From Mobula hypostoma (lineage: Eukaryota): a DNA stretch of 64,000 nucleotides. Position 1 is the stretch's first letter; each line of letters starts with the position of its first letter. Below are positions 51,175 through 62,471 of this stretch, in pieces. A program made the position numbers and the translations under genes. The stretch is taken from the NCBI RefSeq assembly GCF_963921235.1, contig NC_086108.1:107200001-107264000 (forward strand), in the 5' to 3' direction. Under the pieces are notes generated by a model that made no database searches, was not told the DNA's origin, and was given only the letters and a program-made list of their open reading frames with translations.

Positions 51175-51555
51175 AGAAGAGGACATGAACACAAAAGCAA
51201 GGATGTAATGCTGAGGCTGTATAAGGCACTGGTGTGGACTTACTTGGAGTATTATGAGCAGTTTTGAGCCCCTTATCTAAGAAAGGATACGCTGATATTG
51301 GAGAGGATTCAGAGGAGGGTCACAAGACTGATTGCAGAAACAAAAAGGTAGTGATTCTGTGAAATTCATTGCTGTGGAGTCTAGGTTACTGGGTGTATTT
51401 AAGGTGGAGATTGCAGGTCAGGGTGTGAAAAGTTATGGGGAGAAGGCAGGAGATGGGGTTTAAGAAGGAAATGGATCAGCCATGATGAAATGGCAGAGCA
51501 GACTCAATGGACCGAAGGGCCTAATTCTGCTCCTTTGTCTTTTGGACTTGTGGTT
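51175..51555 (+). mobile_element. Decayed CR1 3' fragment with internal deletion
   Basis: SKDVMLRLYKALV..LEYYEQF; ctaattctgctcct tail. Confidence 0.75.
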
Positions 51556-52654
51556 TACGTTCCTTCTGTATCTCTGTTATATTAAGGGCTTTTGAACATA
51601 CGGTATCACACAGTTTTTACGTTTTTATTATTTTACGTTTTTATTTTAGAGATATCACAACAGAACAGAACACAGGCACTTCGAGCTGTGCTGCCCATCA
51701 ACTCACCAAGCCTAATCATGGACAATTTACAAAGACCTGTTGACCTGCTAACTGGTATTTCTTTGTACTGTGCGAGGAAACTGGGTAACCCAGAGGAAAC
51801 CCACGTACTCATGGAAAGGAATGTTCAAACTTACAGAGGATGCCAGAATTGAACTCTGAACTCCGATGCCCCAACCTGTAATAGCGTCAGGCTAATCACT
51901 ACACTACCGTGGTGCTTGCACTTGCCTACATTACTTCCAAATTTGCAAAATCATAAAGTTGTCTTATCCCCCTCATTAGCTTAAAGCTCTTTGGCATGTC
52001 TGCGGGTTGCGAAAGTGCTGTGCAAATGAATGCTCTTTCTTTCCAGAAATCACTGCTTTGTGCCAGTGCTTGTGATGCCTCCTTATATTAACTTCATTAG
52101 CATCTGCGAGCAAAATATCAAAAGAAAAATTAGAATCGAGCAGCAGACACAAAATCATGGAAATTAATGCACAGGAGGAAGCAATTTGCTTCATCAAACC
52201 CAGGTTTGTAACTGGAGCTGTCAAATTTAATCTCCTCTGCTTTGCTCTTTCTCTAACTCCTCTCTGTTCTCCCTTTCCAAGTAGTTATCCCCTTCTTTTG
52301 AGTGATGTGACTTTTTCTGCCTCCAAAACCACTTGTACTGAGGCTTCCTTGTTCTAATCACCCTCTTGAGGGGAAAATAATCTCAAACTTACCTCCCTTG
52401 TCCTTCCTGTCACCATAACCCTGAGACCCAGGTCCATCATAATCAACTGTGTAGAGAAAGGAGCATAAATTAATAATGCACCTTTCGTGACCTTGGTTAG
52501 CCCAAAGCACTTTAGAGCCAATTAAGGGCTTCTGCAATCACTTTCCTGAAGTAAGAAATGAGGTGCCCAATTTATGCACAACAAGACTCCAACATCCACA
52601 GCAACTTAATGACAAGATGATCTGTTTTAATAGAGTTGATTGAAGGAAAGGATA

Positions 52655-52915
52655 GCATGGTAGTGGTTAGCACAATGCTTTACAACACCAGTAACCCAGG
52701 TTCAATTCCCACCACTGTCTGTGAGGATCTTGTATATTCTCCCTACGAGCCGTGTGGGCTTCCTCCGTGTATTCCGGTTTCCTCCCACAGTCCAAAGACA
52801 TAGGTTAATTGGTCATTGTAAATTGTCCTATTATTAGGCTAGGGTTAAGTTGGGGGCTTGGTGGGAGGTGCAATGCAAAGGGCCAGAAGGGCCTATTCCA
52901 AGCTGTGTCAAATAA
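52655..52915 (+). mobile_element. tRNA-derived V-SINE (HE1-like)
   Basis: gtagtggttagcac, ggttcaattccc, cggtttcctcccacagtccaaagac. Confidence 0.82.
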
Positions 52916-53364
52916 ATCAAAAGTATTGAGTGGGGAACAGCTCAGAACTTCTTTAAAACAAGAGTTCCTTTACAAACCTTGATGCTTCTTGCTTACTCAG
53001 TAAAGCAGCCAGCATGATCAAAGACCCCACCCACCCCGGACATTTTCTCTTTTTCCCTCTCCCTTTGGGTAGAAGATACCAAAAGCCTGAGGCTCAAGGA
53101 CAGCTTCCGTTTGAAAACTGTCGAACAGTTCCCTAGTACAATAAGTTGGTCCCTTGACCCTACAATTTACTTTGTTGTGACCTTGCACCTTGTTGCCTGC
53201 CTGCATTGCACTTTTTCTGAAACTGTAACACATTATTCTTTACTCTTTTATTGTTTTCCTGTATACTACTGAGTGCACCGTTGTATGACCTGAATGGATA
53301 GCATGCAAAACAAATGTTTTCACTGTACCTGAGTGCCTGTGACAATAAGATCTAGATAGTCGGA

Positions 53365-53840
53365 CTTCAGACACAACACTGAGTCATGTCATCTGCAGAA
53401 ATTCTCTGAAGACTCAGCAATAGTTGGGTGTATAAAGGGAGGATGAATGCAGGGCCTTGGTGAAGGACTTTGTCAAATTGTGTAAGCTGGTTCATCTGCA
53501 ACTCAACATCGGTAAGACAAAGGAGATTGTGATGAGCTGCAGAGAATTGCGACTATTGTTGGTGAGGACGTGGATGTTGTGAGGACTTACAAGGTGCACC
53601 TGAATGCCAGACTTGAGTGGAACACTAACACAGAGTCTGCGTACAAGAAGGACCAAAGTCTCCTCTACTTCCTGAGTAGACTGAGGTTCTTTGGAGTATG
53701 CAGCCCTCTCTTTCACATGTTCTACCAGTCTGTTGTCGCCAGTACAATCTGCAATGCAGTAGTGTGCCAAGGCAATAGTATCAACTGACATGATGGTAAC
53801 AGGCTCAATAAACTGATTAGAAAGGCTGGCTCTGTTATAG
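53365..53840 (+). mobile_element. Rex1/Babar RT fragment
   Basis: LQKFSEDSAIVGCI; NTESAYKKDQSLLYFLSRLRFFGVC. Confidence 0.75.
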
Positions 53841-55750
53841 ACCATAAGACCACGAGACATAAGAGCAGAATTAGGCCATTTGGCTCATTGATTCTGGTCC
53901 ACCATTCAATCATGGCTGATCCTTTCTTCTCCTCTTCAGCCCCACTTCCTGGTCTTCTCCTTATAACCTTTGATGCCATGCCCAATCAAGAGCTTATCAA
54001 TCTCTGCCTTAAATATACCCAATAACCTGGCCTCCACAGCTGTCTGTAGTAACAAATTACACAAATTCACCACCATCCAGCTAAAGAAATTTCTCTGCAG
54101 CTCTGTTTTAAATGGATGCCCCTCGATCCTGAGGCTGTGCCCTCTTGTCCTATACTCCCTCACCATGGGAAACATCATTTCCACATCTACTCTGTCTAGG
54201 CCTTTCAAGATTCAAAAGATTTCAGGTCAGGGTAACTGGTCTATAATTTCCTTTCTGCTGCCTTCCTTCTTTCATAAAGAGTGGAGTGACATTTGCAATT
54301 TTCCAGTCCTCTGGCACCATGTCAGAGTCCAATCATTTTTTTTTTGAAAGATGATTACTACTGCCCCCACAATCTCCACTGCTACCTCTTTCAGAAACCT
54401 AGGGTGTAGTTCATCTGGTCCAGGTTCTTGTGTACCTTTAGGGCTTTCAGCTTTTTGAGAACCTTTTCCCTTGTAATACTAATTGCACTCACTTCTCTTC
54501 CCCCACACCCTTCAACAACTGGCGCACTGTTAGCGTCTTCCACAGTGATGACTGATGCAAGTACTCAATTAAGTTTTCTACCATCTCCTTGGCCCTGTTA
54601 TTATTTCTCCGGCCTCACTTTTTAGTGATCCTATATCCACTCTCATCTTTCTTATTTTTACATACTTGAAAAAGCTTTCACTATCCACTTTGATATTGTT
54701 TGCTAGCTTGCTTTCATATTTCATCTTTTCCCTTCTAATGATCCTTTTAGTTGCTCTCTGTTAGGGTTTTAAAAGCTTCCCATTTCTCTATCTTCCCACT
54801 AACTTTTGCAGTGTTATATGCCCTCTCTCTTTTGCTTCTACATTAGCTTTGACTTCCCTTGTCAGTCATAGTTGTATTATTTTGCCATTTGAGATTTTCC
54901 CCCTTTTTTGCATACATCTATCCTGCACCTTCCTCATTTTCCCAGAAACTTACACCATTGCTGCTCTGCTGTCATCCTTGCCAGTATCTCCTTCCAATCT
55001 ACTTTGGCCAATTCCTCTCTCATACTACTACAATTTTGTTTACTTCACTGAAATATTGCTACGTCAGACTTTGTCCCTCCCTATCAAATTTCAAGTTGAA
55101 TTCAATCATATTGTGATCACTTCCTCTTAAGGATTCTTTTACCTTAAGCTCCCTAATCACCTCCAGTTCAATACATAGCACCTCATCCAATATAGCTGAT
55201 CCACTAGTGAGTTTAATGACAAACTGCTCTAAAAAGCTATCTCTTAGGCATTCAACAAACTCACTCTCTTGAGATCCATTACCAACCTGATTTTCCCAAT
55301 CGACCTGCATGTTGAAATCTCCCAAGACTATCAAAGCATTGTCCTTTTGACACATCTTTTCTATTTCCCATAGTAAGCTATGGTTCATATCCCAGCTACT
55401 GTTGGGAGGCCTGTATATAACTGTCATCAGGGTCCTTTTACCCTTGCAGTTTCTTAACTCAACCCACAAGGATTCAACATCTTCCGATCCTATGTCCCAT
55501 CTTTCTGCTGATTTGATGCCATTCTTTACCAGCAGAGAGACATCACACCCACTAGTTATCTTCCTAACAACTCTGATACAGCGTATAACCTTGGACATTC
55601 AGCTCCCAACTACTACCATTCTTCAGCCTCAATTCAGTGATGGCCACAACATCATACCTGACGATCTATAATATTTCAACCAGATTATCCACCATTTTTC
55701 TTATACTCTGTGCATTGAGATATAACATGTTGAGTACTGTATTTGTTACC
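53841..55750 (-). mobile_element. Decayed CR1 (endonuclease region and 3' end, most of RT deleted)
   Basis: VESLWVELRNCKG..VIYRPPNS..LGDFNM..GSDHNMI (APE domain); RTRGHSLRI..WMVVNLCN. Confidence 0.87.
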
Positions 55751-56074
55751 CTTTTTGATTCTGCATCCCTAATACTACCCATTTTTTTCTTTTTACAAAA
55801 TTTAGATTAAGCTTAATGGCTTGGATTGTATTGCTGCCACGAAACAACAAATTTCACGTCATATGTCAGTGTTAGTAAACCTGATTCTGACCCTGATGAG
55901 GGCAGAGATAGAGTGAACACACAGGGAAAGGGAACCAAAAAGTTGAATAGGTTAAAGGTGACAGGGGAAAGCTTTAAAAAGGGAACTGTGGGCAGCTTCT
56001 TCACACAAAGGGAAAAGGTACATGTAGACCCACATCAAATAAGTCAGAAACAGCTCTTTCTCTCTAAATTCAGA

Positions 56075-56450
56075 TTAGAAGAATAAGGGGAAATCTCATT
56101 GAAACCTATTAAATATTGAAAGGTCTGGATAGAGTGGATGTAGACAGAATGTTTCCTATAGTGGGGGAGTCTAGAGCCAGAGGGCACAGCCTCAGAATAA
56201 AGGGACATCTTTTTAGCACAGGAGGAATTTCATTAGTCAGAGGGTAGTGAATCTGTGGACAGCTGTTGAAGCCAAGTTGTTAAGTATATTTAAAGTGGAG
56301 GGTGATAGGTTCCTGATTAGTCAGGATGTCGGAAGTTACAGGTGAAGGCAGGAGAATGGGGTTGAGAGGGATCATAAATCAGCCATTGTGGAATGGCAGA
56401 GCAGACTCAATGGGACAAATGACCTAATTCTGCTCCTCTGTCTCGTGGTG
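56075..56450 (+). mobile_element. CR1 3' fragment
   Basis: ggggaaatctcattgaaacctat...agagggcacagcctcagaata; ctaattctgctcct tail. Confidence 0.78.
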
Positions 56451-56716
56451 CTCTGAATGACCCATGAATTCATGAACCCTGCCTTGCTATTCCTTTTTAG
56501 TTACACAATTCATTTATTTTTGTAATTTATAACAATTTTATGTCTTTGCACTGCACTAACTGCCACGAAAACAGCAAATTTCACACCATATAAATGAGTG
56601 ATAATAATTCTGATTCTGATGTACGGAACAAGTTGTCAGAGAAATTAGGTGAGACATCTGTAATAATGACATTTAAAAGTCATTTGGATAAGTGCATGGA
56701 TAGGAGAGGTTTTATA

Positions 56717-57234
56717 CAGTACTGTTCAAAAGTCTTAGGCACATCCTGTATGTATGGCCAAGGTGTCTTCGACTGCAGTAATTTTACGTAGTGCATTGTA
56801 TAGTGACTGTGAAAAAAAAATTAGCCACATACTTGAGTGACGTTACCTGATTTTGATATGGGTCTCCATAGTGGACTGAGAGTGAGAAGGGGGCGGGAAG
56901 AGAGGAATCATGTTTGGGAAAAGGGGAAGAGAAAGGGGAGGGAACGGGAAGCACCAGAGAGACATCCTGTAATGATCAATAAAACAATTGTTTGGAAACA
57001 AATGACTTTGCTAGTGTCTCAGGGCTAGGTGTGTCTGTATCATCCCTGGTGTTCCTTCTCTGCTAATTCTCCCACACCCCTCCCACAGTGCTCCACCCTC
57101 ACCATTCCCAACATCCCTTGTTCCCACAAGATTTACAAACTCATTCTTCACTTCCCGATGGCAAATATAGTACTGTGCAAAAGTTTTAGGTACTCTAGCT
57201 AAATATATGTGTCTAAGAGTTTTGCACAGTACTG
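56717..57234. mobile_element. Tc1/mariner-type MITE inserted in a CR1 tail
   Basis: TA-cagtactgttcaaaagtcttaggcac ... gtctaagagttttgcacagtactg; extra internal TIR copy at about 57168-57190. Confidence 0.75.
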
Positions 57235-57619
57235 TTGGCCAAATGCAGGCAACTGGGAACAGTTTTCGTGGGCACCCTGGTTAGCATGGAGCAGTTAGAC
57301 TGATGGAAGTGTTTTCTTGTTATCTCGCAATAACTTTATTGACACATTACTCATGTAAAGTAGCAATAGTTCAATGTACTATCAAATTACATGTATGTCA
57401 CCACATACTACCCTGAGATTCACCTTCTTGCAGGCATTCACAGGAAAGCAATAGTATTAATGAAAAACTATGCATAACAAAATTGGATAAGCATCCAATG
57501 TACAAAAAAAGATAAATCATGCCAATAATAAATAAGAAATTTCAATAAATAACATTGAGAACATGAGTTGTAGATTCATTGAAAGTGAGTTCATTGTTAA
57601 TGTGTCGCTATTACAGCAG

Positions 57620-58045
57620 TTGGGGTAGTGGGTAGTGGCTCCATATGTCACTACTACAGGGTGTGACGACCCTGCCTTACTCGAGTCCCGGGCTCAGCTG
57701 GCTCCGGCTGACAGTACCCGGTACGAGCCCCTATCCAGGGTTGCGGATCCCACTGCCTTGTGGGTATCTCCGGGAGAAGAGAAGGCTGAGGAGTAAACCC
57801 TACACAAATCCGGAGTGGAGCCCCTAAGGCAGTTGGATGACGTATCACGTCACCTCCCGGCAGCTCCCGCAGCCAAGCTGATGCCAAATGTACTGCTTCG
57901 CATTCCTTTGGACCACATCCGCGAGGCCAAGAGGGGGATCTTGATGTCTGGGCAGCCCAGGATCTCCATATTCATCGCCCAGGTCTGTGCCCCGGAACGG
58001 GCGCATCCATTGTCTACTTAGACAGACAGAGCCAGCCATTAATAA
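57620..58045 (+). mobile_element. CpG-rich non-autonomous element, probably RTE-derived; related to 60475-61030
   Basis: Shares ggagtaaaccc...aaatc.gga..cctaaggcagt with 60769-60816; (taa)n tail. Confidence 0.5.
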
Positions 58046-58572
58046 TAATTACAGCATGGAGCACTGGAATTCAGAGTTCATTTCCAATGCTGTCTTTAAG
58101 GAGTTTGCTCGATCTCTCCATGAACTGTGTGGGTTTTCTCTGGATGATCCCGTTTCTTCCCACATTCCCAAGTCATACCCTTTAGTAGGTTAACTAGTCA
58201 CTATAAATTGCCCTGTGATTAGGCTAGGGTTAAAGAGAAACAGAATCAAGTTTAATATAGCTGGTGTATGTCATGAAATGTATTGATTTGTGGCAGCAAT
58301 GTGTTCCAATACACAATAAAAAAACAAATTGCAATAAGAAAAATATATCTAAAAAAGTTTTAAAATAGTGCAAAAACAGAGAAAGAAGCATAGTGAAGTA
58401 GTGTATATGAATTCATTGTCCATTCATAAATCTGATGGCAAAGGGAAAGAAACTCTTTCTGAATCGTTGAGTATGTGTCTTCTGTACCTCCTCCCTAGTA
58501 GTAACGAAAAGAGGGAATAGGTGGGCTTCTGGGTTGGAAGAGTCAGTTCTGTGCTGTATCTCTTTCCTTTTA

Positions 58573-58842
58573 TATAGGCATCCGTTAGACCATGGATTTG
58601 CGCCTTGGGAGGTTGTATGGAAGACCAGCAGTTGCCCATGCTGCAAGTCTCTCTTCTCCAAGCCACCGATATTGTCCAAGGGACAGGACACTAGGGCCGA
58701 TACAGCTTGGCACCGGTGTCATCGCAGAGCAATGTGTGGTTAAGTGCCTTGCTCAAGGACACAACATGCTGCCTCAGCTGAGGCTCGAACTAGCGACCTT
58801 CAGATCACTAGACCGATGCCTTAACCACTTGGCCACATGCCA
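58573..58842 (-). mobile_element. tRNA-derived CORE-like SINE
   Basis: Minus strand A box TGGCCAAGTGG, B box AGTTCGAGCC, then CORE-like tgtgtccttgagcaaggcacttaacc. Confidence 0.78.
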
Positions 58843-60474
58843 ACACGTTGTAACATGCTGCGATGATGCGCTGTATCTCTAAATATATAGCAAATAGATG
58901 AACAGAAAGAAATACTACAACCCATTGCTGTCTCCGCATTGTCCTCAGATTTAGCAAGCGTAATTTGAAATTGTGTCATGCCAGGTTAACAACACAGGAA
59001 TCTGCTGCTTTAAGCTGTGACGTTTGATTTATATTAACAGTGAGTATTTGTGACTCCCCTATTAGGCATTTTATAAAAAGTGTAGTAATCAGATTTAGTA
59101 AAATTCCACTCACATATGCTGGATTACGAGCTGGGCGACCTGGCTGATTTATATCTCTTTTACCATAGGATTGGTTTTCTTTTTCAAATTGCGGTTTGGA
59201 AGGTTCTGAAAGATTAATTATTGATTTGATTAAAAAAAAGGAAAAAGGCTGATTATGCAGTGAGAAAGCTGAAACGTGGGGCTGGTTATAATGTGAATTG
59301 TATTGAATCCAGATTATTGCTGGGAAGGGGCCGATTAGGAGATCTGAACAATCTAAGTGAGTTCTGGAGGTACACACAAAGGAACTGAAGGAACTTAACA
59401 TGTCTAGCAGCATCTGTGAGGATTGAACACAAGGATCTGCAAAGTTTTAGGAAATGTGGTTTGAACGTGGGCCAAATGCGAGCAAATCAAGCTAGCTTTG
59501 GGCACCCTGGTTGGTATGGACAAGTTAGACTGTAGGATCTGTTCCCTTGCTGCATAGCGAGAATGGAGAGGGAAGTGGAGCTGGAGGGACTTAGTGGGTC
59601 AGGCAGCATCTACGCCGGGAAATTGACATTTGATATTTTGGGTTAAGACCCCCTGACTGAAATGAATGGGTTATCTCTCTTCTACTTTTCAATCCAGTTC
59701 TCCATACTTCCTTTCTGTCAGTTGGGCATCTTCCACCTTTGGTTCAGTCCTAATGAAGGGTTCCGACCAGCGACATCGACTGTTCACTTCTCTCCATGGA
59801 TGCTGCCTGACTGATTGTGTACCTCCAGGCATTGCTCCTGAATCTCCGTAATGTGAGTTCTGGTTGTCCTCGGTATCACTGGTGGCAGAGGAGTGTAACA
59901 GTGGGTGCAATTACTTTACGGCACGAACCATCACCAATCAGGTCTTGGTTCCAGTCACTGATTGTAAGGACATTGTACATTCTCCTTGTGACTGTGTGGT
60001 TTTCTTCCGGGTTCTCCAGCTCCCTCCCGCATTCCAGAAGCATAGAGGTTAGAGTTAGTAGGTTGCAAGTAATAGTGTGGATCTTTTGAAGAATAACACA
60101 ACAGAATTAGACCAGTTGACCTGCCTCTGTACGATAAGACAGGGGGAATTTTCAGAAGGCGTGCTCATTCCTGGTGCAACACCCAATAACTTGACTCAGT
60201 TTTATTCTACAGCTTCAATCAGATGCAGCAACTCAAATGCAGAAGAGCGTAAGAAGTTGTAGAGAGTAATGGATTCAGCCCAATGCATCATGAACATATC
60301 CCTCCCCACTCATGCTTCCTCAACAAAGAAACGTTGATCATCAGAGATTCCCACCATCCAGGCCATGCCTCTTCTCACAGCTGCCATCAGCAAGTGCTAC
60401 AGAAGCCTGAAGTTCCTTGCCATCAGGTTCAAGGACAGCTGCTCCCCTTCAAAGGTTCATTAAGGTTATTATAG

Positions 60475-61030
60475 CTGGGGTTGGTAACGAGGATAAGCTC
60501 CCACTACTTATTAAATGCTCCTAGTGGTGTGTGTCTCAAATAGCCTCTGACAACCAAGTCTAGCTCCTGGCATTCACATGTGACTTAGCTACGAAGCCCA
60601 GCAGAACAGTTTCTGCTGACTGAAGAAGGGCTACTGATGCCTTAAAACCAGTCACTTCAGACAGATGGGACTTGTCAGCCATGGTTGGCAGCTCATTTAG
60701 GAGAAGGAAAGCGCTGATCTCAAACCTCCTCTGCCTTGTGGCCATACCTACCCACAAGGAAGGCTTTGGGAGTAAACCCCAAGGGAAAAATCTGGAACTG
60801 GTATCCCTAAGGCAGTCCTGCATTGAATAAAACGCTAACTGGCAACTTCTGTGACACTGCTGGTGTCAGACTGTATTGGTCTTAGCCGTTCCTTTGGGTT
60901 CATTAGATGAGTGGAGAGGGGGAGCCTGCTATATGTGCAACAGATTGCTCTCCATATTCCACTGCCCAAGCTTGCATATTTAGACAGTTCGGATGCAGCA
61001 TCCATGGTTAATCTGACCAACAGAGCCCTC
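60475..61030 (+). mobile_element. Non-autonomous, probably RTE-derived element; its tail also occurs inverted at about 40418-40510
   Basis: Motifs shared with 57620-58045; tail homology to 40418-40510. Confidence 0.5.
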
Positions 61031-61085
61031 AGAGACTTCTCTTCGACTACCTGGTTCTCAAACTAACCAGCAAACCCTAATCACT

Positions 61086-61297
61086 TACAAAAGAGATTCC
61101 ACAGATGCTGGAAATCCAGAGTAACACATGCACACAAAATGCTGGAGGAACTCAGCAGGTTAGGCAGCATCTATGGAAAGGAATAAAGTGTCAACGTTTC
61201 AGTCCTGACGAAGGGTCTCGGCCCAAAATGTCGATACTTTATTTCTTTCTGGAGATGCTTCCTGACCTGCAGACTTCCTCCAGCATCTTGTGTGTGC
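61086..61297. mobile_element. Back-to-back (inverted) pair of PLE tails with one 13-bp TSD
   Basis: TSD aaccctaat(c/t)act at 61073-61085 and 61298-61310; arms cacaaaatgctggaggaactcagcaggttaggcagcatct / agatgcttcctgacctgcagacttcctccagcatcttgtg. Confidence 0.82.
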
Positions 61298-62471
61298 AAC
61301 CCTAATTACTACAGTTTAGCCACACTTTGACCATGTTGACCACTTTGCATTACAATGGATTTTTTTTGTTCTAATTTCTTTCTTCCCCACTCCTATCCTC
61401 TCTCTCTTGTGACCTCCCTGCTCCTTTATTCTATAATTTCCAGAAGATCTCTCCAGAGTGATCACACAACTTCTCTTTTTTATGGATTAGCTCACTGTCA
61501 GAACTGGCTCTTTTCATCTGCCAAATTAAAGACAAGAGCTTACTTAGGTCACATTACATGTGGTTTCTTGCCGGCTAAGAATAGACGCAGTCTTGCAGAC
61601 ATCAAATGTCGAAAATCACTCCTGGGATTGGCAATGGCTTCTTTCTCTAAGCCACTTAATGTCTGTCTCCATATTAATATTTTATTATCCCTTTGAGCAT
61701 TTGACATGGCTCTTGGTTCCAGTAATATACTGCGGCAGTTGCTTCCATTTGGCAGAGAATACATTGCAAATATCAAGCTGTGATCTCTCAGCGCGTGCAT
61801 GCATGGAGGTGTGAACTCAGCTCGTTTTAATATTGCTAAAGCTAATGACCCTCAGCTTCAGCTGCTGAAAGAAATATTTCTTCATATCTTTGCCTTGTTC
61901 CTCATCAAATGCATATCTCCTTGGCAAAGCTGCACGTGAGAGAGCTCAATCAGAACAGCCGTGAAACTGGTACCACAATGGATTTGGAGGCTGCTAACGG
62001 GGCACTTACACCACACATCAAGCAATTACAACTTGTACTTAAAGCAGCGAGGGGTACACACAAAGACAGACATTTCTTGCTGCTGGAAATCTATCAGCTC
62101 AGTTCGTTTCTTTAGTATGTGCATCGTAACATGATTGTGATCCTTGCTGGATTCAGTCTGCAGCTGGGTCTTAGGTTCCCAGGCAACAGGTCAGGCATTT
62201 GCCATTCTAATGCCAAGTTGGCCCTGACACTGCTTGGGCAGGTAGTCACAAGGAGTGTAGACAGAAAGTTCATCCGCTGTTTCCCATTCATTCAGCAGGC
62301 TGTAACCTATCCAAAGGACACAGAAGAGGTTTACCAGGTTGCTGCCTGTGTTCTGGAGTTAGTTTATAGAGCAAAATATTAACTTCAGCAACTAATCTTC
62401 AGATCTGAAAGTGGATTGTAGATTACATTTAAAATACAGCCCTGAACAATAGTTTTCCTGGAGCTGTGGAC

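Noticed and set aside
52047..52203. Plus-strand exon after ctctttctttccAG
   Set aside because: All three frames contain stops before the possible donor, so it is not a coding exon
58770..58842. tRNA gene on the minus strand
   Set aside because: A and B boxes run into a CORE-like SINE body with no proper acceptor stem or terminator; it is a SINE head
60555..60640. Twister ribozyme in the 5' part of the RTE-like element
   Set aside because: Only superficial similarity (AAGCCC, purine-rich 3' strand); P4 and both pseudoknots could not be built in this copy
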